A stretch of DNA of 61,350 nucleotides, counting the filler. It is 7 parts of 7 records of this genome, joined end to end, with 100 filler letters (N's around TTAATTAATTAA, not from the genome) between each part and the next. Parts side by side here need not be neighbours in the genome. Positions count along the whole stretch, not along the records: positions 41,763 to 55,929 come from SRR31147125_1378; 6 more parts are not named here. One strand, written 5' to 3'. Under the pieces are notes generated by a model. It searched no databases, was not told where the DNA came from, and was given only the letters and a program-made list of their open reading frames with translations. Positions 41,785-51,153 of the stretch are shown here, piece by piece; positions within the stretch are counted from its first letter, which is position 1; each line of letters opens with the position of its first letter. The position numbers and the translations under genes were made by a program.

Positions 41785-44726
41785 TTACTCTACGTCATCT
41801 ATTTCGTGAGAAATTCTATTAAAAACAGCTACTATTTTTGGGTCAAATTGAGTACCAGAACATTTTTTAAGCTCAGCGAGAGTTTTTTTTCTACCCAATT
41901 TTTTTCTATAGGTTCTCTCAGACATCATAGCGTCATAAGCATCGGCTACAGCAATTATTCTAGCTTCAATGGGAATCTCTTTTCCTTTTAACTGACTTCC
42001 ATAACCTTTTCCATCATACCTTTCATGATGATGTTCTGTGCCAGGAATAAATTTTTTAAGGATTCTTTGTCCAAAATGTGACTTCCTATCAGAGGGTGCT
42101 CTTTTATCTTGCTATACTCATCATCGGTTAAGCTACCCTTTTTCTTTAAGATAGAGTCATCAATTCCAATTTTACCTATATCATGTAAGAGAGCAGAGTA
42201 TTTTAAATCAGTTAACCTATCACCAGTAAATCCCAACTCAATAGCTATTTTTTCTGAGATTTCAGCAACTCTTTGAGAATGTCCCTTTGTATATGAATCT
42301 TTGGCATCAATAGCACTTGTAAGTGCTGTAATAGTGTCATCAAGCATTTTGGAAATTAACGCTCTTTTTTCATTTAACCTTATGATTCTAAGGGTGAAAA
42401 TCAAACTAACAATTAAAATTAAGCCTAGAATGATAGCTATTCTAAACCATGTAGTTTCATAAATGGCAGCTTTTCTGGTAAAACTGTACGCAAGAGCTTC
42501 TTTATTCCATATACCATCATTATTAGAGGCTTTTATATAAAAAGTATAATCTCCATAAGGAAGATTAGTGTAATTAGCTTCTCTTTCTGTTGTTGCTTGA
42601 GACCATTTGGAGTCAAAACCATCTAAAAAATACTTGTACATAACCTTATGAGGATTTCTATAGCTAAGAGCAGCATATTTGAATTTAATCCTTTTGGAAT
42701 CTGGCTGAATTATTTTGGCTTCCGCAGGAGAGAATTTCTCATCATCTACATCGATACTTTGTATAACTATTTTAGGATCTTTATTATTTATTTGCATATT
42801 TCTTCTATCCAGGATAGAGATACCTTTGAGTGTTGGGAACCAAATTTTTCCATCATTTGCTTTTATTCCCCAAGATGTCGCTGTACTACTGTCTAAGAAA
42901 CCATCTTCGAGTCCGAAACCTTTAACGTTAAGTTTTCTATCCTCTTTATTATGTTTCTCTAGCAATTCACGAGTCTCTACACTGAAAATACCTTTTGATG
43001 TTGTAAACCACATGTTTGAGAAATCATCCTCTATAATTTGATAGAGTGCATCTGCCATGAAACCATCTTTCATATTAAAATTATAGAAAGTATGATCTTT
43101 CCATAAGCTCAAGCCTTGATTTGTTGCAATCCAAATATTATCAGCACTATCTCTATAAATTTTAAATATTATATTCCCTGCTAAACCATCCTCTTTTTTT
43201 AAGTTGGTGATATTAAAATCTTTATCAATTACATATATACCGTTACCATCAGAACCAACTATAATGTCACCATTTGGACTTTCGGTAACGCACATAACAT
43301 ATTGAGGCGGCAAACCTTCGATATGATTGATTAACTCCATATCATCTTTTGAAGGATCTTTTATTAGATTAAGTCCAGCTGTAGTACCTATCCAGATATA
43401 ACCTTTGGAATCTTCAAAAACCAATCGCACCTTTTTTGAACTTAAACCCTGTTTTTCATTAATGCTCTGTATTTGATTATTACTGATTTTGACGAGACCT
43501 TTATCACTGTATGTACTAATCCATAGATTATTGTTGCTATCGTTAAGAATATGGCGAACTCTAATATTCTTAAAAAAATCCGTTAATTCAGTTTTAATTA
43601 TTTTTCCGTTCTTGATTGTACCTAAACCACTATTAGTTCCAACTAGATATTCGTTATTACTGTTAATCTCTATTGAATTTACAATTGGATAAGGTAGCCC
43701 GTGATTTACGGTGATATTTTTGAACTTTCCAACAGTTATTTTCTGCAAACCAGCCCGTTTAGAAGCAATCCAAATATTAAACTCTTTATCAACAAACATA
43801 GTTTCAATAGAGTTGTTAATCAAACCATCAATTTCTTTGAAAATATTGAACTTATTACCTGCCTCATCTAAAACTCCTAAACCGCCATCCGAGCAAAATA
43901 TGATCATGTCATTATATTGACTGTTTTTAATTTGCAGGATATTGTTAATTGAAAAAACATTTTCGTTTTTATATACTTTAATCTCTCCATTATTAGCTAT
44001 TCTCAGGATTTCACCACTAACTGTACCTAGCCAAATATGACCATCATTACTCTGCATCAAAGTTTGATATTTATATTTTGACAGAAATTTTTTATCTGGA
44101 AGGAAATCTTCGAATTTATTTCCATTATAGATATGTATTTTACCAGTATTATCAATGGCAACTAACTGTCCATTATTAATGAAGGTTATATCGCTGAAAT
44201 GATAATCTGAGATTTTATCCTCAATAAGCCATTTATTATTGCTGTAGCTGAATTTGGTTAAATTATTCGAACTTGCAACCCAAATATTGCCATTAGAATC
44301 CTCCTTAATCCTTCTAACTGCTGTGGCATTGAAACCCTGCTCAGATGAGAAAAATTTAAATTTTCCATTTTTGTACAATGCGATACCATTTTCATTTGTT
44401 CCTATCCACAGTTGCTTCTTGCTATCTTCATATAGAGCAGTAGCTGATGACGCGTTGAACGAGTCTTCTGAGTATTTGTTGTAAAGAGTAAACTCCTTAC
44501 CGTCAAAACGGATTAATCCATCGTATGTTGCTATCCAGATGTACTCTTCACTGTTTTGTAAAGTGTCGAGTGCATTATTTGTTGGAAAGCCATTATCAAA
44601 AGTCCAATTTGTAAAGATAAAGTTTTGTTTGATTTTTTCCACATAGGCATTTCCCATTGCCAAATTAGTGAGTAAACATTGAAGTAGAAGAATTAGAGTT
44701 AATTTAAATTTTTTCATATCCTTCAC
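41785..44726 (-). CDS. Membrane sensor: beta-propeller repeats + Y_Y_Y + TM + HD-GYP domain; 1-nt frameshift in the T6 run at 42052-42057
   Basis: Repeated ED..G.IWIGT..G; ANYTNLPYGDYTFYIKASNNDG; YTKGHSQRV, LHDIGKIG; the shifted frame gives HHHERYDGKGYG..ARIIAVADAYDAM..R.YR..GTQFDP, stop at 41785. Confidence 0.9.
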
Positions 44727-44958
44727 CTATTCCCTTAGATAAGTTATTTGTACTATTAAGATATTATAATATTTTAAGTTACTAGACAAATAAAAGTTGA
44801 ATTAATCACCTATATTGATTGACAGTACACATACGATATTTTAATATATTTATTGGAGATTTCCTTTAATTATGTTAAAATTATATGAGTTTTTTATTTG
44901 TTATTTATATTATAAAACAAATATGAAATTCTTAAATTATATTGTTTGGGAGTGAAAA

Positions 44959-45267
44959 ATGAATTTTAAAATTTTGGATTTAGTAATTATTTTTATTGCG
45001 TTTTTATTAGGAAAGTTTGGATCAGGTTTAGTAAGAAATTACCTTATGCACAAAAAAGGAAACCCTGTCGAAAAAAACATCTATGGAAAAATTTTAAATA
45101 AACTGGTTAAGGCAGAAATTGGAGAAAAAAAACGTGTCTATAAAGAAGCAGGCGATGTAAAAGTTACAAGAATGAAGTCAAATAGAAAAAAGAAAAAGAA
45201 GAAAAAAATAGAAAAAAATAAACAAAATCAGACTTTGAGAAAATCTCAAAGTCTGATTTTGTTTTAA
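44959..45267 (+). CDS. Small membrane protein with Lys-rich tail (true stop possibly earlier)
   Basis: N-terminal TM, GGAG RBS; the ORF runs through the terminator, suggesting an indel in the A runs near 45200. Confidence 0.5.
   Translation: MNFKILDLVIIFIAFLLGKFGSGLVRNYLMHKKGNPVEKNIYGKILNKLVKAEIGEKKRVYKEAGDVKVTRMKSNRKKKKKKKIEKNKQNQTLRKSQSLILF
45224..45260. terminator. Bidirectional terminator
   Basis: AAAATCAGACTTTGAGA-AAA-TCTCAAAGTCTGATTTT between convergent genes. Confidence 0.8.
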
Positions 45268-45270
45268 TAA

Positions 45271-46143
45271 TCAATCATGATTAAAAAAGTCTAAAGATTT
45301 GATAAATTCGATGAACTCTTTTCCAACATCTTGTTTTGGAAAATTATCAGAATAATATAACCTAGTTACCCTCTTCATTGCGTTATTATTTTTATCATAG
45401 ATTTTAATTTTATTTAGATAACTATCAACATCTAAATCCATAAGAGGTAAAATTGCGTAACCCAAACCTTGCGAGACCATTTTGATGCAGATATCTGATC
45501 TATCAACCTTCATCTTTTTCTTTGGCTGTGAACTATAGTGAGATTTCCACCAGTTATCCATAACCTTATCAAACTCCATATCTGTCTCAAATTCAAGCTT
45601 TGTTAGCTTTGGTAAATCATTAATATTAATCCTGTCGAGACTGATTATGTAGATATCTTCATCAAATAGAAGTATCGAGCCCTTATTCGATTTATGCTCT
45701 CCTCTGACTATTGCTACATCTACTTCCTCATTATCAACTTGCTTGATGATTCCACTACTCCAACCAGTAACTATTTCGAAGTCAACATCAGAATCTACAG
45801 CTCGAAATTCTGATAGGATTTTAGTAAGAAACCTTCTAGCAAAACCATTTGGAATTCCAATTTTTATAGTTTTGTTCTCTTTTTTACTCATCTTTATTAG
45901 TTTATTTTGAATCTCACCATAACTTTTTAGCATGTCTCGAGCATAGTCAACTAAAACCAGTCCCTCGTCAGTGAAAACAACTCCTTTGGGAGTTCTTTTA
46001 ACTATTGCCACGCCAAACTCTTCCTCTAGAGACTTTAACCTCTTGGTTACAGCTGGTTGTGATAGAAACAGCTTTCCAGCTGTTTTGGTTATGTTTTTTT
46101 CATCAAATAAAGTTATTAAAAGATTCCAATCCGATTGTATCAT
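45271..46143 (-). CDS. LysR-family transcriptional regulator
   Basis: NITKTAGKLFLSQPAVTKRLKSLEEEFG...RTPKGVVFTDEG. Confidence 0.95.
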   Translation of the reverse strand: MIQSDWNLLITLFDEKNITKTAGKLFLSQPAVTKRLKSLEEEFGVAIVKRTPKGVVFTDEGLVLVDYARDMLKSYGEIQNKLIKMSKKENKTIKIGIPNGFARRFLTKILSEFRAVDSDVDFEIVTGWSSGIIKQVDNEEVDVAIVRGEHKSNKGSILLFDEDIYIISLDRININDLPKLTKLEFETDMEFDKVMDNWWKSHYSSQPKKKMKVDRSDICIKMVSQGLGYAILPLMDLDVDSYLNKIKIYDKNNNAMKRVTRLYYSDNFPKQDVGKEFIEFIKSLDFFNHD

Positions 46144-46282
46144 ATTTATCTCCTATTTTAAGCCTTTTGCATAATTTTGTAATAATAATTTCGATTTATC
46201 TATCTATATTCGTGAGCTATATCATATGCCTTTATTCTATTTTATAACACATTCTAACATTAATCGCACATAAATATCAATC

Positions 46283-46299
46283 CATAACTTTTGGTTATG
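46283..46299. promoter_or_regulatory. LysR-type operator (T-N11-A palindrome) upstream of TSUP-1
   Basis: CATAAC-TTTTG-GTTATG. Confidence 0.7.
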
Positions 46300-46441
46300 T
46301 CTCGAATAAAGATAAATCATTTTATTTTTATGTTAAAAAGGCATATAATTAATCCAAGAAGTGAGAGAAGTTGACTAAAAAACTAAACAAACTGGTTTAG
46401 TTTAATTACAGAATTTTTTTATAAAATAGAGGTGAATTTGT

Positions 46442-47182
46442 ATGTTATATATAGCATTGGCAGTAGGGGCATTAATAGCGGGCTTAATTACATCAATAGC
46501 AGGTGGAGGTGGAATATTAATAGTAACATTTCTATTAATGTTAAACATTCCATTCAAAACAGTTATTGCGACAAATAGAGTAAGTGCAGTTCTTGATAAT
46601 GGAACAAGCGCATATAATTATCATAAAAATGGAAAAGTAAATGTTGAATTGCTAAAATTCTCGGCATTACCAATATTTTTAGGAACATTGCTTGGAGTAC
46701 AACTATTAAAAGTTATAAACACTAGAATACTTGAAATAATGCTTCCAGCAGTATTAGTTGTACTAATAGGATATTCTCTATTTAATAAAAAAGTAGGAAT
46801 GGAGAGTAAGTTCGAAGGTTTCAACAAAAAGAACATAATAATAGGAGTAATCTTTGCATTTATAATAGGAGTATATTTTGGTTTCTTTGGTATAGCGGCT
46901 GGAAATATAATTGCATTTGGCTTAGTACTTATCTATAAGTTTGATTTTTTAGAAGCTGTAGCAACTGCAAAACCATTATTATTTTTTTCAGGAATTGTAT
47001 CAGTGGTAGTCTATACTTTTTACGGAATGATTGACTATAAAATAGCCTTATTTATCGCTGTATTTAGAATAGTTGGAAGTAAGTTAGGTAGTAGTTATGC
47101 AAGCAAAAAAGGTTCTGGTTTCGTAAAACCTATATTCTTAGGTTTAGGAATGTTTACAGTTGCCAAAGAACTATTTCTTTAA
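46442..47182 (+). CDS. TSUP (TauE/SafE/YfcA) family transporter, copy 1
   Basis: AGLITSIAGGGGIL, ATNRV, GVYFGFFG.A.G, about 8 TMs. Confidence 0.9.
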   Translation: MLYIALAVGALIAGLITSIAGGGGILIVTFLLMLNIPFKTVIATNRVSAVLDNGTSAYNYHKNGKVNVELLKFSALPIFLGTLLGVQLLKVINTRILEIMLPAVLVVLIGYSLFNKKVGMESKFEGFNKKNIIIGVIFAFIIGVYFGFFGIAAGNIIAFGLVLIYKFDFLEAVATAKPLLFFSGIVSVVVYTFYGMIDYKIALFIAVFRIVGSKLGSSYASKKGSGFVKPIFLGLGMFTVAKELFL

Positions 47183-47335
47183 AATATAAGAGAAGCAGAC
47201 ACACATGAAACGACCTTTATATAGATAAATAATCAAACATCTTCGCTGCAACGGAGATGGGCAGTTTTAACTGTTGGAGTTTTGATTTATTAGATGTTTT
47301 ATTTACTTTTGGGATAGTAAATGAAGCTCATTCAT

Positions 47336-47382
47336 AATTAAAAAAACAGCTTATAGAAATTATATAAGCTGTTTTTTTAATT
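47336..47382 (+). terminator. Intrinsic terminator downstream of TSUP-1
   Basis: AATTAAAAAAACAGCTTATA...TATAAGCTGTTTTTTTAATT. Confidence 0.8.
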
Positions 47383-47385
47383 AAT

Positions 47386-47402
47386 CATAACTTTATGTTA
47401 TG
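47386..47402. promoter_or_regulatory. Second LysR-type operator upstream of TSUP-2
   Basis: CATAAC-TTTAT-GTTATG; same arms as 46283-46299. Confidence 0.7.
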
Positions 47403-47508
47403 AACTGTATAAGATTAAGTTATTTTATTTATTAGGAAATAAGAAATATAATTGTATTAAAGAATACAAAAAATATGTTAGATAACAAGAGGAGTAGAGG
47501 AGGTATGT

Positions 47509-48258
47509 ATGTTATATGTATTATTAGCGGTAGTATCACTGCTTGCAGGTGTAATAACATCGATAGCAGGTGGAGGTGGAATACTAACTGTCACTTTTTT
47601 ATTGATGCTAAATATTCCGTTTAAAACAGTAATAGCAACTAATAGAGTAAGTGCATTATTAGATAACGGAACAAGTGCATATAATTATCACAAAAATGGT
47701 AAAGTTAACACAACTTTTTTAAAAGTTGCCATTGCTCCTATGTTTGCTGGGACTCTTATTGGAATTAGACTACTTAAAATGATGAGTGGTGAAACATTAG
47801 AAAAGATGGTTCCATTTGTGCTTTTTGCTCTAATTACTTACTCTTTCTTTAATAAGAAAATGGGAATTGAGAGTAAATTTGAAGGTTTTAATAAGAAAAA
47901 TATGACTTATGGATTAATCTTTATGTTTATCGTTGGTATATACTTTGGATTTTTTGGCGCAGCATCAGGTAATATTATCGCATTTGGTTTAGTTTATATA
48001 TTCAAATTTGATTTTCTAGAAGCTGTGGCAACATCAAAACCAATTCTGTTTTTTACAGCGATACTTTCAGTGGTCATATACGCTTTTTATGGAATGATAG
48101 ATTATAAAATAGCTTTGTTTATTACAGTATTTAGAATAGTAGGAAGTAGATTTGGTAGCACATATGCTAGTAAAAAGGGAGCAGGTTTCGTAAAACCGAT
48201 GTTCCTGGCTCTAGGGGTAGTAACAGTAGTAAAAGAGATATTTTCATATATGAATTAA
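47509..48258 (+). CDS. TSUP family transporter, copy 2 (tandem paralogue)
   Basis: Shares LNIPFKTVIATNRVSA, LDNGTSAYNYHKNGKVN and KFDFLEAVAT with copy 1. Confidence 0.9.
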   Translation: MLYVLLAVVSLLAGVITSIAGGGGILTVTFLLMLNIPFKTVIATNRVSALLDNGTSAYNYHKNGKVNTTFLKVAIAPMFAGTLIGIRLLKMMSGETLEKMVPFVLFALITYSFFNKKMGIESKFEGFNKKNMTYGLIFMFIVGIYFGFFGAASGNIIAFGLVYIFKFDFLEAVATSKPILFFTAILSVVIYAFYGMIDYKIALFITVFRIVGSRFGSTYASKKGAGFVKPMFLALGVVTVVKEIFSYMN

Positions 48259-48263
48259 CAGAG

Positions 48264-48292
48264 AAAAATGGGCGAAATTTCGCCCATTTTTT
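48264..48292. terminator. Bidirectional terminator
   Basis: AAAAATGGGCGAAA-TTTCGCCCATTTTTT. Confidence 0.8.
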
Positions 48293-48314
48293 ATATAAAA
48301 TACCTATCTTTTAA

Positions 48315-49010
48315 TTATTCAAATAATGATTTTAAATCACTCATAAGATCTTTAACTTTTTCCTTATCTTCATCAGAAAAAGAGTCTAAACCTTTTTTCA
48401 AACTATCCATATCTATTGATTCGGCAATGTCAAATGTTACAGAGCCTTCGGTATAGTTAGCAGGAACTTCGAATACACTGTCCGGAATAGTTTTTATGTC
48501 AAAACTAACAGCAACACTTTCCATTGTAAAGCCCGTTTGAGCAGTTGCAATTATTTTTAGTGGAACCCCTTTCCATAACCATTGTTTAATGATAATATCT
48601 TCATCCTGAATCTCTCTAATTTCACAAAGTTTTCCTAAGATTTTTTCTTTTCCAAGTAATTTTCCTGAATCGCTCTTTTCATAAAAATTATATTCGTCAA
48701 CCTCCTCTTTAGTAAGAGTAGAATAGATTTTTTTGTGATGGTCAAGTAAAAAACTTTCATTATCATTGACTAAAACAGATGTATCAATCTTCATTTCAGT
48801 TACTCCTAAATTTTGCTTTCCACTTGTTCTGATAGATAACTTCTTTCCGTAATCTTTGAACTGTACTGACTGTTTTGATTTATTAACGAATCCGTTAAAA
48901 GTTGTAGAAGCAAGCATTTCAATTTGTCCTGACTTAATTTCAAAGTATTTATCTACACTTGCAAAGCTTATAGTTGAAATGATTAAGAATAGTAGTAATA
49001 ATTTTTTCAT
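48315..49010 (-). CDS. Secreted protein, DUF4412-like
   Basis: Signal peptide; LGKEKILGKLC and IPDSVFEVPANY motifs. Confidence 0.6.
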   Translation of the reverse strand: MKKLLLLFLIISTISFASVDKYFEIKSGQIEMLASTTFNGFVNKSKQSVQFKDYGKKLSIRTSGKQNLGVTEMKIDTSVLVNDNESFLLDHHKKIYSTLTKEEVDEYNFYEKSDSGKLLGKEKILGKLCEIREIQDEDIIIKQWLWKGVPLKIIATAQTGFTMESVAVSFDIKTIPDSVFEVPANYTEGSVTFDIAESIDMDSLKKGLDSFSDEDKEKVKDLMSDLKSLFE

Positions 49011-49291
49011 ATAAATCCTCCTTTAATTGCGATTGAGTTTAGATCCTGAGCTAAATTTTCATATTATTATATCATTAGTCGCGTTATTTTCCAAAACATC
49101 TGTTTCTTTACTCTGTACAATATAACTTTTAAATATTAAAATATGATAAAAATACTTTTCAAAATCACAAAATTATGCAATAATATCATAAAAGAATAGT
49201 ACAAAGATACTATTTTTATAAAACAAAGAAAATAAAGAAAGGATTATTTTCAAACTGCTAAATTAATTTGAAAATAACAGGGTTAAAAAAT

Positions 49292-49573
49292 ATGTTTAAA
49301 ACAAATGAATATTTCGATGGAAAAGTAATCTCAATGGCATTTAAATCTGAGAAAGGGCCTGCAACTGTAGGAGTTATGGCTGTTGGAGAGTATGAATTTG
49401 GGACTTCTCAAAAAGAATATATGACTGTAACAAGTGGGAAGTTAACAGTTAAACTACCTGGTTCAGAGGAGTGGGTAGACTACACTGCTGGGCAAACATT
49501 TGAAGTTGAAGCAAATGAAAAGTTTCAGCTAAAAGTAGATATTGAAACATCTTATCTATGTGTATATGAGTAA
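49292..49573 (+). CDS. ppnP: Pyrimidine/purine nucleoside phosphorylase
   Basis: [35 protein letters not shown]. Confidence 0.95.
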   Translation: MFKTNEYFDGKVISMAFKSEKGPATVGVMAVGEYEFGTSQKEYMTVTSGKLTVKLPGSEEWVDYTAGQTFEVEANEKFQLKVDIETSYLCVYE

Positions 49574-49584
49574 TAAAATAATTT

Positions 49585-49644
49585 AGCCACAGGGAACACA
49601 GAGATTTTAGAGTTTTCCTCTTTACCTCAGTGAGCTCTGTGGCT
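49585..49644. repeat. Imperfect inverted-repeat element (CCACAG..CACAGAG / CTC.GTG..CTCTGTGG)
   Basis: AGCCACAGGGAACACAGAG ... CTCAGTGAGCTCTGTGGCT between convergent genes. Confidence 0.6.
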
Positions 49645-49649
49645 TGTTT

Positions 49650-50732
49650 TTATTTCTGCTCTAACAACTCAAAAGTAGTATGATATTTTTCTACTCCGTT
49701 TATTATTATATAAAATCCGTGTGTTCCAGGATAATATTTTCTAGTAGTTATAGGTTTAAATGAGTGTTTTCTTTTAAAAGTTTTACTCTGTTCTGAGTAC
49801 TCACCCTCCGCTATTTTAAAAACTTTCTTTGATGTTTTTCCTTTTAATCTCACATACTCAACGATATACTCTATTCTTAATTTATCAATTTGACCCTCAA
49901 CTGAAGCTACTTCAAATGAAAACTCGAATTCGCCTGAGAATTCAACCTTTTCTGGCAGAATTAAATTTTTAACCTCAATAGATTCAGGGTTATGATAACC
50001 GAATATTTTCATCACATCTGGATTTCCTGCTTTTAATAGAGTTCTGCCTCCATGTTTAACAATCCAGTTAAGGTTTTTGTTTTTTCCATACCATTTTTTG
50101 ATTAACTCTATTACAAGTTCAGGATTATCTTTTGAGATATCGTTTAGATTATTTGCTACACTTTTTCGTACATACTCTTCAGGATCGTTTTTTAATTTCT
50201 CCAAAATTTCTATTACTTTACCAGGGTCTTTTTTAAAATTTTGTAGTGCGATTCCCCATGGTAGTCTAGTTCTGCATCCTTCACTTGCTAATCTCCTAAC
50301 ATGTACATTATCTGATTTAGTCCATTCTAACATCTGTTGCATCATCTGTTCTTCGTATTTGATAATAAATGGTCTAATGGCGAATTCTGAACTACAAAAC
50401 TTGGTAAAATGCTCCAATGCAGGAACAGATTTTTTGTAATTATCCAGTCCATAAACCTCGACAAAGTCCGAGAAGACTATATTTGTAAAACTAGTTCCCT
50501 CTATTGGAAGTTTCATTAAGATTGACAGTGCTTCCTCATAATCATCAGGTAGATATTTCCCCAGAGTTGTAGATATATGCCTCATTCTCTCCTTTAGTTC
50601 TAAACTTTCATAGTTATTGTTAAAAACACAGTTTTTAAAAGAGTCAACATCGAATGCAGGATACTCTTTTCTTATAAGATGTGATATTTTTGCTATAAAT
50701 TCTAAATTATACATATTCTTTAACGGTTCCAT
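49650..50732 (-). CDS. HEAT-repeat DNA alkylation repair protein (AlkC/YhaZ-like)
   Basis: SSEFAIRPFI, HVRRLASEGCR.RLPW, YVRKSVANNLNDISKDNP, TTRKYYPG.H. Confidence 0.9.
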   Translation of the reverse strand: MEPLKNMYNLEFIAKISHLIRKEYPAFDVDSFKNCVFNNNYESLELKERMRHISTTLGKYLPDDYEEALSILMKLPIEGTSFTNIVFSDFVEVYGLDNYKKSVPALEHFTKFCSSEFAIRPFIIKYEEQMMQQMLEWTKSDNVHVRRLASEGCRTRLPWGIALQNFKKDPGKVIEILEKLKNDPEEYVRKSVANNLNDISKDNPELVIELIKKWYGKNKNLNWIVKHGGRTLLKAGNPDVMKIFGYHNPESIEVKNLILPEKVEFSGEFEFSFEVASVEGQIDKLRIEYIVEYVRLKGKTSKKVFKIAEGEYSEQSKTFKRKHSFKPITTRKYYPGTHGFYIIINGVEKYHTTFELLEQK

Positions 50733-51153
50733 AAAATCTCCTTCATATATTTAATCGTGATGAATTTATTTCTTATTCTAGATAGTTGGGATCAGCGATG
50801 ATTTTCGCTATACCGTATTTCATCGGTAGTTGATTTGCCTTAAAATTTCTATATTTGACTCTATTCAAAAATCTATTTATTTTAGCTTCCAAAAATAATA
50901 TATCTATTCTTTTTCACTTATTAAAATTATACAATAATTTTAGCCATATTATAATAAATAATATTTAATAACTTAGTTTTCAAAGAAAAATTAAGAGAAT
51001 TAAGATTATAAAATTCATCAAAAAAATCAACCGAAAGCTTTAATCTATGATATAATTTATAAAGAAGTAGATTGTTAAATAGAAGGTGTTATTTAAAGAA
51101 TAATTATCTATATTTGTAGTAATTATACAAACATAGATAATTAGTACAAATAG

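Noticed and set aside
12851-44726. Functional link between the c-di-GMP riboswitches and the HD-GYP phosphodiesterase
   Set aside because: They lie on different contigs from apparently different organisms.
47236-47265. CTGCAA loop as a tRNA-Cys anticodon arm
   Set aside because: No D arm, TTCGA T arm or acceptor stem.
50780-50845. Minus-strand GGCAAA..GAAA segment upstream of the alkylation-repair gene as a third GEMM riboswitch
   Set aside because: Lacks GACGCAAAGC, the P2 pairing and the P3 receptor.
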